Of a stretch of DNA of 64,000 nt, positions 41,482-51,671 are shown piece after piece. Made by a program: the position numbers and the translations under genes. This stretch comes from Bacillota bacterium (GTDB lineage Bacteria; Bacillota; JAAYKD01): NCBI GenBank assembly GCA_963666425.2, contig OY762825.2:896001-960000 (forward strand), in the 5' to 3' direction. Under the pieces are notes generated by a model. The model saw only the letters and a list, made by a program, of their open reading frames with translations, had not been told where the DNA came from and made no database searches. Within the stretch, counting starts at the first letter, position 1. Each line of letters begins with the position of its first letter.

Positions 41482-42258
41482 CTATGATCCGGTCGACTTA
41501 TATTGCCGCAGACCAAAGCGCCAGAAAGCATAGCAGGGCAGCAAAAAGAAGAACGCCAGGCAAGGGCTTAGTGCATAGAGTGGGTTATTGCTGCGGCCGA
41601 TTAAAAAAAGGAAGGGGTAGTATTGAAATAATGCCAGCGGTACGACATAGGTCAGAAACCTCAGCACAGACCCGCCGTAAATCGAAACCGGATAACTGCC
41701 AAATTCCCGACCGCCATCCGTAAAGATATTCATAAATTCCAAGCCTTCAGTTGTAAAAAAACAAATCGCCGCGTAAATGGTAAAAAGGCCGCTGAAAACC
41801 ACCGTTCCGGATAAAACCATCAGGCTCAGCAGCAGGAGTTTCGTCCCATCCCAAATAACATTGCTTGCCGGGATCGCATAAGAGAAGATGATGACTGCCT
41901 GCAGTAATCTTCCCAAGCGCGTCAGTTCAATTTTAGTCGCTAAAATCTGAAAAATTTCATTTCTGGGACGCACCAGGATACGGTCAAATTCGCCGTTGCC
42001 GATCATGACTGCAAAACGGTCGAATCCGCGCGCAAAGCATTCCGCCAGAGAGAATGACATCAATACCACAGCAAAACAGAGCAATACCTGTTGATAAGTA
42101 AAACCGTCAATTTCATGGAAACGGGCAAACATAAAGTAGACCGAAAGAAAAGCCGCAAAGGATGTAGAAAATTGACCGATTAAAGTAAAGAGAAAAGAAA
42201 GTTTATATTGCATCTGGCTTTGCAGCTGAATCGAGAAATACTTCAAATAGAGCTTCAT
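41482..42258 (-). CDS. ABC-2 type transporter permease (DUF990-like)
   Basis: GEFDRILVRP, YPVSIY and C-terminal YKSTGS. Confidence 0.85.
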   Translation of the reverse strand: MKLYLKYFSIQLQSQMQYKLSFLFTLIGQFSTSFAAFLSVYFMFARFHEIDGFTYQQVLLCFAVVLMSFSLAECFARGFDRFAVMIGNGEFDRILVRPRNEIFQILATKIELTRLGRLLQAVIIFSYAIPASNVIWDGTKLLLLSLMVLSGTVVFSGLFTIYAAICFFTTEGLEFMNIFTDGGREFGSYPVSIYGGSVLRFLTYVVPLALFQYYPFLFLIGRSNNPLYALSPCLAFFFLLPCYAFWRFGLRQYKSTGS

Positions 42259-42260
42259 CG

Positions 42261-43064
42261 TTAACCTCCCTGGACAATGATTTTTCTGCTGGCTCGCTTT
42301 AGCCACCATTTACCCAGAAGAATCAATCCAACCAGCCAGGCGATCTGCAGCAAGAGATCGAGATACAACTCAGTTCCGCTGATATTGCCGCTGTAAACCC
42401 GCAGCGGTAAATTTTGCATAAAATAGAAAGGGGTCAGACTGATAATCTGAACGACCGCGTTGGGCAAAAAAGGCAGCGGGATGAGAGAGCCGGTTAAGAA
42501 ATCGGATAAAGAAGAAACCACCAGACGCTGGCCTTGAGAAGACAAAGTGTAGAAGGTTGAGATATAAACCAGCAGGCAGACTGCGGTGACGATTGCTAAG
42601 CTGAAGCAAGCTGTGATAAAAAACATCAATAGGCTGACTCCATCTTGTGGTGGCGCCAGCCGATAAGGTTTTGCAATGCAAAAACCAAGCAGCAGTAAAA
42701 GTGGACACTGCAGCATCGTCCGCGATAACCTGGAAGCGATATTTTTGATAAACCAGGTATGATACAAATCAAGCGGCCGCACCAGAGTGTAAGAAATATT
42801 GCCGTCAGTGATCTCCTGAAAGACATCCAGATCCCATTGCCGCAGCATAAAGAGCGGCAGCAACGCCTGCTGCAGCCAAATGTAGGAAGTCAGCTGGGAA
42901 AAGCCCATGGGAAATGCGTCAGGATTCGCCTGATAAAATGCTTTATAGAGCAAAATGTTCATCAGAGCCCAGGCAGTCGTACAGGCGATACCGCCTAAAG
43001 CCGCTGCTCGATACTGTAAGCTATTGATCAGACGCATGCGAAAGAAAGAATAGTAGGCTTTCAT
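42261..43064 (-). CDS. ABC-2 type transporter permease
   Basis: QYR, ITDGNISYTLVRP, GSLIPLPFLP and C-terminal VQGG. Confidence 0.85.
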   Translation of the reverse strand: MKAYYSFFRMRLINSLQYRAAALGGIACTTAWALMNILLYKAFYQANPDAFPMGFSQLTSYIWLQQALLPLFMLRQWDLDVFQEITDGNISYTLVRPLDLYHTWFIKNIASRLSRTMLQCPLLLLLGFCIAKPYRLAPPQDGVSLLMFFITACFSLAIVTAVCLLVYISTFYTLSSQGQRLVVSSLSDFLTGSLIPLPFLPNAVVQIISLTPFYFMQNLPLRVYSGNISGTELYLDLLLQIAWLVGLILLGKWWLKRASRKIIVQGG

Positions 43065-44035
43065 ATTTCGAATTCCTCATACAGAGAAACGACCATTTCG
43101 TCAACCGAAGTAGCGGCAATCGACAAATCAGTCAATTCAGCTTGAGAGGATAAATGAGCAATCGCTTCCGCCACCGTCAACAGGCGTGTATCAATTTGGA
43201 ATACGGCCTGACCATTCAGTTGGCTCTGCTGCAGGATGCCATCTTTTGGCAGAAAGAAACCATTGCTGTATTCCACCGTGATAACTTTATAGGGGGTATT
43301 GCGTTTCATTAGTTCCGGTAGGGTTCCGTCCAGTAAGATCCGTCCCTTGCCGATCAGCAGAATTCGTTCTGCCATGCTCTCAATATCCTGCATATCATGT
43401 GTCGTCAAAATTACGGTGGTATGGTGTTCCCGATTCAGGCGCTTAATGAAATCGCGCACAGCGATTTTGGAAACCGCATCCAAACCAATGGTCGGTTCAT
43501 CGAGGAACAGTATTTTCGGGCTATGCAGCAGGGAGGCTGCGATCTCACAGCGCATGCGCTGCCCCAAGCTCAAGCTTCTGGCCGGTGTCCTGATGATCTC
43601 AGCGAGATCAAGTAAGGTCACCAATTCATCCAAATTCCTTTGATACTGAGCTTTCTTTACCCGATAAATATCACGAATCAGCTCAAAAGAGTCGATGACC
43701 GGTACATCCCACCAAAGCTGCGAACGCTGTCCAAAAACAACCCCAATCTGCTGGACGTGGGCGATTCGCTCCTGCCAAGGTACACGGCCATCAATCAAGC
43801 AACTGCCGCTGTCGGGAGTCAGAATTCCGCACATGATTTTAATCGTACTGCTCTTGCCGGCACCGTTTGGTCCGATGTAGCCAACCATTTCACCTTCATT
43901 GATCTGAAAACTGACATTACGCAGTGCCTGCACGCTCGTATACTGTTTATGGAACAAAGCTTTCACTGCTTGCCTGAAACCGGCACTGCGTTTTGCCACC
44001 CGAAAAGTTTTGTTAATATCGTTCAACTCTATCAT
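43061..44035 (-). CDS. ABC transporter ATP-binding protein
   Basis: GPNGAGKS, LSLGQ, FLDEPT and TTH motifs. Confidence 0.92.
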   Translation of the reverse strand: MIELNDINKTFRVAKRSAGFRQAVKALFHKQYTSVQALRNVSFQINEGEMVGYIGPNGAGKSSTIKIMCGILTPDSGSCLIDGRVPWQERIAHVQQIGVVFGQRSQLWWDVPVIDSFELIRDIYRVKKAQYQRNLDELVTLLDLAEIIRTPARSLSLGQRMRCEIAASLLHSPKILFLDEPTIGLDAVSKIAVRDFIKRLNREHHTTVILTTHDMQDIESMAERILLIGKGRILLDGTLPELMKRNTPYKVITVEYSNGFFLPKDGILQQSQLNGQAVFQIDTRLLTVAEAIAHLSSQAELTDLSIAATSVDEMVVSLYEEFEI

Positions 44036-44134
44036 GCTTTATCTCCTTTGTTCCCGCAATGGGAATGAAAGCACCGCTGGTTTTTTCAGAGAAAAAACCA
44101 GCGGATGATGCGATAACGATTCATCCGCTGGAAA

Positions 44135-44569
44135 TTAGTAAGTTAAGAGATAGATCAGCTCTCCGTCGATCATCCGTCCGTCCGGTTTAAAACCCAAACT
44201 CTCATAAAGCGATTTTGCTCTGAAATTATCCGGTGCAAAACTGATATAAATCTTGTGATAAGCCAGATCCTGCTGAATACGATAGATCAATATTTGCATG
44301 ACCCGACGGCCGAATCCCTGTGATTGATATTTCTCATCGATCATGACGCGATAAATCCAGTATTCTTTCTGCTGTGGTTCTAAACAATACATGACAAATC
44401 CAATGGCTGTTTCATCGTTAAACACGGCGAGAGGAACACATTCCGGCTCTGCTTTGGCTTCCGCAATGGAAAACAGATTACTGGCAACAAAGCTCTTCTG
44501 ATCTTCCATTACCTTCAGCCGGATCACCTGCTGCAGATTTTCCCGGTCGATCTCTCTAAAGCGAATCAA
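44135..44569 (-). CDS. GNAT N-acetyltransferase (spermidine acetyltransferase-like)
   Basis: QKSFVASN..SIAEA; IDEKYQSQGFG; LYESLGF. Confidence 0.85.
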   Translation of the reverse strand: MIRFREIDRENLQQVIRLKVMEDQKSFVASNLFSIAEAKAEPECVPLAVFNDETAIGFVMYCLEPQQKEYWIYRVMIDEKYQSQGFGRRVMQILIYRIQQDLAYHKIYISFAPDNFRAKSLYESLGFKPDGRMIDGELIYLLTY

Positions 44570-44792
44570 AATATCACCTCTTTCTGGTATCTATTTCCAT
44601 TCTCTCGGAAGTTTACTTATAGTAAAATAGCATAAAGGAGCAGAACCGTCAAGCATAAATACTCATATTTTATCAAGATGTAACATAAATGCAACAAGAA
44701 AGCTGCTCACCAGACAGTGAACTGCTCCCTGTCAAGTAGACAGATGAAATAACAAAATAATTCTTAGGAAACACAGCGCTGCGCGCTGTGGT

Positions 44793-44841
44793 AACCGCAA
44801 ATTTTGAATGGCTGTTTTACATCCATTCAAAATTTGCGGTT
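44793..44841 (-). terminator. Terminator inside the IS, downstream of orfB
   Basis: Perfect 19-bp inverted repeat AACCGCAAATTTTGAATGG / CCATTCAAAATTTGCGGTT. Confidence 0.7.
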
Positions 44842-44848
44842 TTATTTT

Positions 44849-45751
44849 TTATGCCGCTTTTTCGAAAAGGTTTCGATAACTCATCGGCGCCAATTTCTGT
44901 AGCTTGTGTTGACGACGTTCATAATTGTAATAGTGAATGAAATCTTCAATTGCTTTAGCAAGGGAATCATAATCTTCAAACTGATCCAGATAATACATTT
45001 CACACTTAAGAATACCCCAGAAGCCTTCCATTGGACCATTGTCAATGCAGCGGCCCGCGCGAGACATGCTTTGCGTCATTTCTGCAAGGTCCAATTTTCT
45101 CTTAAAAGACTTACTCGTATATTGATATCCACGGTCACTATGAAACAGTGGATGAGCATCCGGATATTTCCGGACTGCTAAGTCAAAGGTATCAAAGACC
45201 AATTGGTTATTGTTACTGTGTCCAATGGCAAAAGAAACAATATCTCTTCCCTTCAAATCCAGGATCGCGCTCAAATAGAGTTTCTCCAAGTTATGGTTGT
45301 ACTTCATCTCGGTTACATCAGTCAGCCATTTTTCGTTTTGCTTTTCAGCAGTAAATTCCCGATTCAGAATGTTTTCTGCCGTAACCTCTGGTGTGGATCT
45401 TTGGTAAGCTGGCCGCTTGCGACGGATGACGGACTTCAACCCCACTAGCTGCGTCAATCTATAAAACCGTTTGCAATTATATTTCCGTGTGTGCTCTTCG
45501 TTTTTATTGTATTCATCAGCAATTCTCCGATATCCAAACGTACTATTGCTCTTGGCATAAATCAATCCAATTTCGTGGATGAGCTTCTCATTCTCTAGTT
45601 CGCTCTGGCTCTTTTCCCTGTGTGTCCATTTGTAATAGCTGGAACGATTTAATTCTAAAATGTCACAAATTTCCGCAACAGAGAAGTTTTCTTCTGCAAA
45701 GTCTTGTACACAAACATATATACCTTGCTGCCGAACTCCGCTTAACGTCAC
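44849..45751 (-). CDS. IS3 transposase OrfB (DDE)
   Basis: WLTDVT, HSDRGYQY and DNGPMEGFWGILKCE; in the -1 frame relative to orfA, with a slippery A7 at 45772-45778. Confidence 0.93.
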   Translation of the reverse strand: MTLSGVRQQGIYVCVQDFAEENFSVAEICDILELNRSSYYKWTHREKSQSELENEKLIHEIGLIYAKSNSTFGYRRIADEYNKNEEHTRKYNCKRFYRLTQLVGLKSVIRRKRPAYQRSTPEVTAENILNREFTAEKQNEKWLTDVTEMKYNHNLEKLYLSAILDLKGRDIVSFAIGHSNNNQLVFDTFDLAVRKYPDAHPLFHSDRGYQYTSKSFKRKLDLAEMTQSMSRAGRCIDNGPMEGFWGILKCEMYYLDQFEDYDSLAKAIEDFIHYYNYERRQHKLQKLAPMSYRNLFEKAA

Positions 45752-46425
45752 CTCCTCCTCAATTTTTCGAGTTTTTTTAATATCGCATTCTCCAATTCTA
45801 ATCTTCTATTCTTTGCTGTTAAGAGTCGGTGTTCCGCGCGTAGTTTCTCCAACTCAGTCATTTCGGCTTCTGCTTTCCGTTTTCCCCGTTTATCTGAGAG
45901 ACCATCTACACCGCGTTCTTCATACTTCTTTACCCAAGCATAGATTTGTTGGTAGCTGACGCCATATTTTTCTATCGTCCCAGCATAATTTTTATTGTGC
46001 TCAATGCAATAGCTAACGATCTCAACTCGTTCCTCCCGTGTCGTCTTTATTCCCCTGGTCATATAGAGTTCACTCCCTTTACCGCTGGAAGCGCGGAATT
46101 CTTTATGACCATTATACATCTTTATCCAAGTTTGCAATTGCCTCTTCGCTCGAATTTTGTATCTTTCGCAAATTTCAACCTGACTGCCTTTCCCTGAAAG
46201 ATAGGCAAGTGCGGCTTCTCGTTTCATTTCTAGAGTATAGTTTTTGTTGTTTTCCTGTGGTCTAAGGCCATCTCGTCCCATTGATTTGTAGTTACGAATC
46301 CATTGTTGAAATGATGATAAACCTATCCCAAATTTTCTTGCCCAACGTGGTTGACTTCCTTCTCCGGATAGATACGCTTCTACAGCCTTGATCTTTTCTT
46401 CTGATGTTGCTTTCGCTTTTTGCAT
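45748..46425 (-). CDS. IS3 transposase OrfA (repeated HTH)
   Basis: Three HTH-like repeats ending in W..Y; C-terminal coiled coil LELENAILKKL. Confidence 0.9.
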   Translation of the reverse strand: MQKAKATSEEKIKAVEAYLSGEGSQPRWARKFGIGLSSFQQWIRNYKSMGRDGLRPQENNKNYTLEMKREAALAYLSGKGSQVEICERYKIRAKRQLQTWIKMYNGHKEFRASSGKGSELYMTRGIKTTREERVEIVSYCIEHNKNYAGTIEKYGVSYQQIYAWVKKYEERGVDGLSDKRGKRKAEAEMTELEKLRAEHRLLTAKNRRLELENAILKKLEKLRRR

Positions 46426-46559
46426 AATAATAGCTCCCCATTGTGTAGTCTCGAACTTTTTGTTATTTCGAGTGTCTACCCTATGGGGAGCATATCACAG
46501 GTGATACAGCTTTCTTGTTTTCTGGATTGCTCTGATTTTAGAGACATCGTAAACACAAA

Positions 46560-48098
46560 CTAGAGCGTGGTATAGTTCTTTGCAAACATCTCCACCAGGT
46601 GTTTGGCTTGACGGTCATAGGCGTCTTTATCCTGCCATGTTTGACGAGGATCCAAAAGCTCTGCCGGCACATTGGGACAGCTGAGCGGTACATCAATCTT
46701 AAAAATAGGATTATTGATATAAGTCACCTGATCGAGATCCCCGTTTAAAGCAGCTGTCACCATTGCCCGCGTGTATTTCAAGGAAATACGGTGACCTTCT
46801 CCATATGGGCCACCAGTCCAACCTGTATTGAGCAGATAGACTCTGGTTTGGTGCGTTTCGATCAGTTCACCCAACAAGGCGGCATAAACATGGGGGTTAC
46901 GCGGTAGGAAAGGTGCTCCGAAACAGGAACTGAAGGTCGCTTCCGGTGCAACAATTCCTCTTTCTGTGCCCGCTAATTTCGAAGTATAACCGGATAAGAA
47001 ATAATACATCGACTGTTCTTTATTCAGACGGGCAATCGGAGGCATCACACCGAAAGCATCTGCGGTTAAAAAGAAAATCGTCTTGGGATGGCCGCCTACC
47101 GAGGGAATCACTGCCCCTGGAATATAGTGAATCGGATAAGCCACGCGGGTATTTTCAGTTAAGCTGCCATCGCAGTAATCCGGTTGATGTGTCTTTTCAC
47201 CTAAAACAACATTCTCCACAACAGAACCAAAACGAATCGCATTCCAAATTTGCGGTTCATTTTCTTCTTTCAAATTGATACACTTGGCATAGCAGCCACC
47301 TTCAAAATTGAAGATACCATTGGGTGACCAGCCATGTTCATCATCGCCAATCAAGCGGCGGTTGGGATCGGCAGACAACGTTGTCTTGCCAGTGCCAGAC
47401 AAACCAAAGAAGAGTGCTACATCTCCTTGTTCACCAATGTTGGCAGAGCAATGCATCGGGCAAACATGCTGATCCGTCAGCAGGAAATTCATCGCCGAGA
47501 AAATAGATTTTTTCATTTCTCCGGCATAACTGCTGCCGCCGATGATGACCTGTTTACGGCCAAAATGCACAATGATAAAGGCTTCGCTGTTGGTGCCGTC
47601 ACTTTGTGGCCAAGCCCGAAATCCGGGGGCGCAGATCACAGTGAATTCTGCTTCGTGTTCTGCTAATTCTGCTTCTGTCGGACGAATAAACAGCTGATGT
47701 ACGAATAAATTCTGCCAGGCGCATTCATTGATCACACGAATCGGTAACGTATAGCTGCGATCGGCTCCAGCGAAGCCATCGAAAACAAATAAGTCACGAT
47801 TTTCCAGATAAGCGGTTAACCGCTGATAGATTTTATCATAGTGATCCTCTGCCATTGGCATATTGACACTGCCCCAGGCGATCTGATCATGCACATCTTT
47901 GGTATCCACGATAAATTTATCTTTTGGGGAACGTCCTGTATACTTACCCGTTTCTACTGATAAAGCGCCGGTATCCGATAAGACACCTTCACCACGTTTC
48001 AAGGACTGCTCAACCAGTTCGACCGGTGTTAGGTTGCGATATACTTCTCCAGTATAATGAATTCCTAAATAGTTCAAATTCAAGTTTGCTTCCGACAT
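46560..48098 (-). CDS. pckA: Phosphoenolpyruvate carboxykinase (ATP)
   Basis: [33 protein letters not shown] and NFEGGCYAK motifs. Confidence 0.97.
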   Translation of the reverse strand: MSEANLNLNYLGIHYTGEVYRNLTPVELVEQSLKRGEGVLSDTGALSVETGKYTGRSPKDKFIVDTKDVHDQIAWGSVNMPMAEDHYDKIYQRLTAYLENRDLFVFDGFAGADRSYTLPIRVINECAWQNLFVHQLFIRPTEAELAEHEAEFTVICAPGFRAWPQSDGTNSEAFIIVHFGRKQVIIGGSSYAGEMKKSIFSAMNFLLTDQHVCPMHCSANIGEQGDVALFFGLSGTGKTTLSADPNRRLIGDDEHGWSPNGIFNFEGGCYAKCINLKEENEPQIWNAIRFGSVVENVVLGEKTHQPDYCDGSLTENTRVAYPIHYIPGAVIPSVGGHPKTIFFLTADAFGVMPPIARLNKEQSMYYFLSGYTSKLAGTERGIVAPEATFSSCFGAPFLPRNPHVYAALLGELIETHQTRVYLLNTGWTGGPYGEGHRISLKYTRAMVTAALNGDLDQVTYINNPIFKIDVPLSCPNVPAELLDPRQTWQDKDAYDRQAKHLVEMFAKNYTTL

Positions 48099-48129
48099 TG
48101 CATATCCCTCCTGCCTTTTTGATAATCAT

Positions 48130-48158
48130 ATTGTAGCTCATCTTTGGCAAAACGTCAA
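48130..48158 (-). promoter_or_regulatory. Sigma-A promoter for pckA
   Basis: TTGACG-17 bp-TACAAT. Confidence 0.7.
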
Positions 48159-48250
48159 CAATATTGCCTGCTTTTCATGCAATCTACTGATACAATAAGG
48201 TTTACTCTTGATTTATGATATCATATATCAAGAATATATCGTAATTATGA

Positions 48251-49441
48251 TTATTCGTTGAAGTAAATGTTATTTTCAGCAAGAAGTTTAAGCATGGCCC
48301 ATTCTTTGATGCCATAACACTGCAGCAACTGATTCATCTGCTGCAGTGCTTTTGAGGTAATAACTGGTTTTTGAGATTTAATCGCTCTAATCAGTATATT
48401 TTTAGGAGTATGCTCCAAATCAATGAATTCCATCACCTGCGTAGTATAACCGCAGGCTTCCAAAGCGGATGCTCTCAGGGCATCCGTTACCAAACTGGCC
48501 AGCCGTTCTCTCAGAATACCATGCCGCAATACTGCCTGCTGTGCTTCCGACTGCAGCTGCGGTGCCAGTTCGTGCTGGCAGCAAGGCACCGCTAAAATGA
48601 TTTTTGCCTGCCAAAGAATTGCCTGAGTCAAGGCTGCATCCGTAGCCGTATCACAGGCGTGCAGCGATACGACCAAATCAACCGGCCGATCATTTTGCCA
48701 GCCGGCAATATCTCCTTGTTCAAAATGCAAACCTGTATAGTCCAGTTTACGCGCCAGTGCTTCGCAATGCTCGATCACATCTGTCTTTAAGTCAAGCCCG
48801 ATGATCTCTACTTCGCGCTGTTTTTTATCTGCCAACAGCCAATAAAGTGCAAATGTCAGGTAGGATTTACCGCAGCCAAAATCGATGATGCGCAGCGTTC
48901 CTTCTTCAGGCAATCGGGGTAGACAATCCGTTACAATCTCCAAGTAACGGTTAATTTGCTTAAATTTGTCAAATCGGTCTTTACTGACCATACCATTAGC
49001 AGTCATGATACCCAATTCCAGCAAAAAATCGATCGGTTCACCCTCCCGCAGCAGATAATTTTTGCTGCGGTTATGCTCCTTGGCCTGAATGGGACGTTCT
49101 ACCGCCTTCCCGCTCAAGTGAACCATACCATCCTTTTGGAAAAAAAGCTGATAATCCTCTTCCGCTGTCAGGATCTGCGCCTGCTTGTATTGCTTTGCCA
49201 CTTGCTGCAGCCAGAGTACAGCTTCCTCGCTTTGATGATAATTGGTATGAAATACCTTTTGGCCGTCAGACGCTTCCACTTGCCAAAAAAGTCCTGCTTT
49301 GCCTTTTTTGGGAATAAGGGTCTGTTTATGATAAACAGCAGTCCGGTTAGGGCCGCTGACTATAATCTTGGCCAATTTCGCTTGCTGCAGCAGGTCTGCC
49401 ACCATCCGAGACAGCTCCAGTAGCTGTATTTGCTTTTTCAT
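48251..49441 (-). CDS. SAM-dependent methyltransferase (Methyltransf_32 type)
   Basis: KFKQINRYLE, IIDFGCGKSYLTF, SLHACDTATD, PCCQHE and EHTPKN; start set by the AAGGTGA RBS. Confidence 0.88.
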   Translation of the reverse strand: MKKQIQLLELSRMVADLLQQAKLAKIIVSGPNRTAVYHKQTLIPKKGKAGLFWQVEASDGQKVFHTNYHQSEEAVLWLQQVAKQYKQAQILTAEEDYQLFFQKDGMVHLSGKAVERPIQAKEHNRSKNYLLREGEPIDFLLELGIMTANGMVSKDRFDKFKQINRYLEIVTDCLPRLPEEGTLRIIDFGCGKSYLTFALYWLLADKKQREVEIIGLDLKTDVIEHCEALARKLDYTGLHFEQGDIAGWQNDRPVDLVVSLHACDTATDAALTQAILWQAKIILAVPCCQHELAPQLQSEAQQAVLRHGILRERLASLVTDALRASALEACGYTTQVMEFIDLEHTPKNILIRAIKSQKPVITSKALQQMNQLLQCYGIKEWAMLKLLAENNIYFNE

Positions 49442-49455
49442 CCCTATCACCTTCA

Positions 49456-50085
49456 TTATAAAATCTTCGGACAATCCTGCCGGACAGGACAGGCTGCACA
49501 GCAAGGGGTTTTCGCTTTACAATAGGTTCGGCCATGATGGATCAGCCAATGGTGCGCCTCTCCCCATTTCTCTTCAGGGATCAAGACGCATAGACTCATT
49601 TCCGTCTGCAGCGGTGTTTTCGCCTCGGCCAGTCCCATGCGGTTGGCAACCCGGAAAATATGGGTATCCACTGCCAAAGCCGGTATTCCAAAGGCGATTG
49701 ATAAAACAACACTGGCAGTTTTACGGCCGACGCCGGGCAGAGCTTCCAGGTCTGTTCTAGTCTCGGGAACCCTTCCCCCATGTTCTTCAATCAGTTTCTT
49801 CGCCATCTGCGCTAGGTTTTTACTTTTATTCCGGAATAAACCGACTCCTTTGGTCAATTGTTCGATTTCGTCAACAGAAAGAGCAGCCAAGGCAAACACA
49901 TCCGGCGCTTTGGCAAAAAGGATTTTTGTGGTCTGGTTGACCTGTTTATCGGTCGATTGTGCCGAAAGAATGACTGCGACTAACAGCTCATAGGCATTAT
50001 GAAAATTCAAATCGGAAACCGCATCTTGATAGTACTGTTCCAATTGAGTCAGAATGCGCTTGCTGCGAGCTTCTTCATTGATCAT
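49456..50085 (-). CDS. nth: Endonuclease III
   Basis: LSAQSTD; HhH motif LPGVGRKTA; VDTH; C-x6-C-x2-C-x5-C [4Fe-4S] motif; ATGA overlap with the upstream gene. Confidence 0.95.
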   Translation of the reverse strand: MINEEARSKRILTQLEQYYQDAVSDLNFHNAYELLVAVILSAQSTDKQVNQTTKILFAKAPDVFALAALSVDEIEQLTKGVGLFRNKSKNLAQMAKKLIEEHGGRVPETRTDLEALPGVGRKTASVVLSIAFGIPALAVDTHIFRVANRMGLAEAKTPLQTEMSLCVLIPEEKWGEAHHWLIHHGRTYCKAKTPCCAACPVRQDCPKIL

Positions 50086-51101
50086 AAAGCCCACAGAACG
50101 CTGAGCGCGCAATACCTTCCCTGCGGATTTTCAGTCCCGAAGCCCAGCGTAATTTTCGCTTCCTCCGGCAAAAACACAGCAGCCGACAGATGCGCCGCAC
50201 CCGTCCACCAACCATAAGCAAAGAGTAGGGAAAGCAGCAATAAAACCAAGCAGAGGAAGCGAAAAAAAGCAGCTTGACGTTTGGGGTTTTCTGAAAAAGG
50301 TAAGAGCTTCGCTGTTTTATTAATGTTAACCGGCTTTTTGTCGACTGTGTTGTCGGCATTACCCGCTTCTTTTTCAATTTGCGACAATAAGCGCGACCGT
50401 GCAGTCTGGGCGGAAGCGTTGGCAGGATTGATTGTTCTGTTAGACCCTTGCTTTACCTCACGCTCGCTTTCCTGCAATAAGAGAGCGGCTTGTTCCGCTT
50501 CAGCCTGTCTGCGTTGCTGCTCCTCCCGCTCTTCTGATCTTCGCTTTTCTTCTTCGCGCAAGACTGCCGCTTCAGCTTCCTGTTTTTCTGCCTGCTCCTG
50601 CAAAAAAAGCAAGCCCTCCGGTGAACTGCGGCGTATTTTTCGTAAAACCGAAACCTGTGTCACCGGATGGATATACGGAACTTCGACATACTGGTTGGGA
50701 TCATCCTGCCAGCGCTGCACCTCCGGTGGCTCTATTGCCTCCGAAGCCAGAATTGCTTCTGCTTTCTGCTCCATCTCTTCCAGTGTTGCCGATTGTGTTT
50801 CTGTCAGCATTTGCCAACTGTGATCCGGTTCATCGATCCAATTAGAGTGCTCTGCTGGTGCTCTGTCCTCTGTCCTGTCGGCAATCAGGTTTGTTTCCGG
50901 CACTTTCTGTTTGGATGGTGCTGCAATCTCCACCGTTCCGATCCTTGTCAAGCGATTGACTTCCCCTTGCTGCTGTAATTTCGCTGTTTCTTCTGCCAGC
51001 ATTGCCAGCATGCGCATGCGTAATAAATCTTCCCCATTCAATTCAGAAGAAGCAGCTGGAACCGGGTGAACTTCAGTTTTCAGAAGCACAGCTTCTGGCA
51101 T
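50082..51101 (-). CDS. Hypothetical membrane protein (acidic/coiled-coil region plus C-terminal TM); probably the C-terminal part of the upstream zf-HC2 protein
   Basis: 339-aa ORF with an E/Q/R-rich coil and hydrophobic FFRFLCLVLLLLSLLFAYGWW; no clear RBS; overlaps the upstream ORF at an A-rich run. Confidence 0.65.
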   Translation of the reverse strand: MPEAVLLKTEVHPVPAASSELNGEDLLRMRMLAMLAEETAKLQQQGEVNRLTRIGTVEIAAPSKQKVPETNLIADRTEDRAPAEHSNWIDEPDHSWQMLTETQSATLEEMEQKAEAILASEAIEPPEVQRWQDDPNQYVEVPYIHPVTQVSVLRKIRRSSPEGLLFLQEQAEKQEAEAAVLREEEKRRSEEREEQQRRQAEAEQAALLLQESEREVKQGSNRTINPANASAQTARSRLLSQIEKEAGNADNTVDKKPVNINKTAKLLPFSENPKRQAAFFRFLCLVLLLLSLLFAYGWWTGAAHLSAAVFLPEEAKITLGFGTENPQGRYCALSVLWAL

Positions 51102-51643
51102 TTTTTGTTCCCGTTTTTGCGCCGCAGCCAGGCTTGCATTTGTTCGCTCAGATGAGCAGCCGGATACGGTATCAAAATACCTGCCTCTGTTAATTTTTGC
51201 TCGGCTGTGTGCTCTCCTCTGCGGGCTTTTTGAGGCCGAAATTTCGATTTTTCATGTTTACTTTCCGTCATTTCCTGCTTTCCCTCAAGCTGTATTGGCT
51301 CCGGTTGTTCCGTGCCCGAGCCGCATTTTAGGTTTTCTTCCATTATTTCTTCCGCACCCGTTTCTTTTTGATGATTTAAACCCTTTGCAGCAGTCAATTC
51401 CAGTTGTTCGTTGGGAGATTCGACGATGGCCTTCGGATCGATCACGGTATTTTTAAGAGAGCCTGTTGCCGCTTGATCATTTCTCTCGCTCTGTCTCGAT
51501 TGAGTGGCTGCCTGCAAGGCGATCATTCGGCTGGAGCAAATCGGACATTGACCGAAATGATGTTTCATTTCCAATTTCTCCAAAACAGTCAATTCATTTT
51601 TCACATAAGCCGGTATCAATAAACGTACTTGGCTGCATTGCAA
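51080..51643 (-). CDS. zf-HC2 (zinc anti-sigma-like) domain protein, N-terminal part
   Basis: TTG start with GGAGG RBS gives MQCSQVRLLIPAYVKNELTVLEKLEMKHHFGQCPIC (C...HxxxCxxC). Confidence 0.7.
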   Translation of the reverse strand: MQCSQVRLLIPAYVKNELTVLEKLEMKHHFGQCPICSSRMIALQAATQSRQSERNDQAATGSLKNTVIDPKAIVESPNEQLELTAAKGLNHQKETGAEEIMEENLKCGSGTEQPEPIQLEGKQEMTESKHEKSKFRPQKARRGEHTAEQKLTEAGILIPYPAAHLSEQMQAWLRRKNGNKKCQKLCF

Positions 51644-51671
51644 AACAACCCCCTCCTTCTTTTCTTTGATT

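Larger units (their letters stand above)
44718..46497 (-). mobile_element. IS3-family insertion sequence (IS150-like), 1780 bp, apparently intact
   Basis: TG...CA ends; imperfect ~40-bp IRs (TGAACTGCTCCC..GTAGACA..GAAATAACAAAA / TGATATGCTCCC..GTAGACA..GAAATAACAAAA); 3-bp target duplication CAG (44715-44717, 46498-46500); orfA and orfB. Confidence 0.93.
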
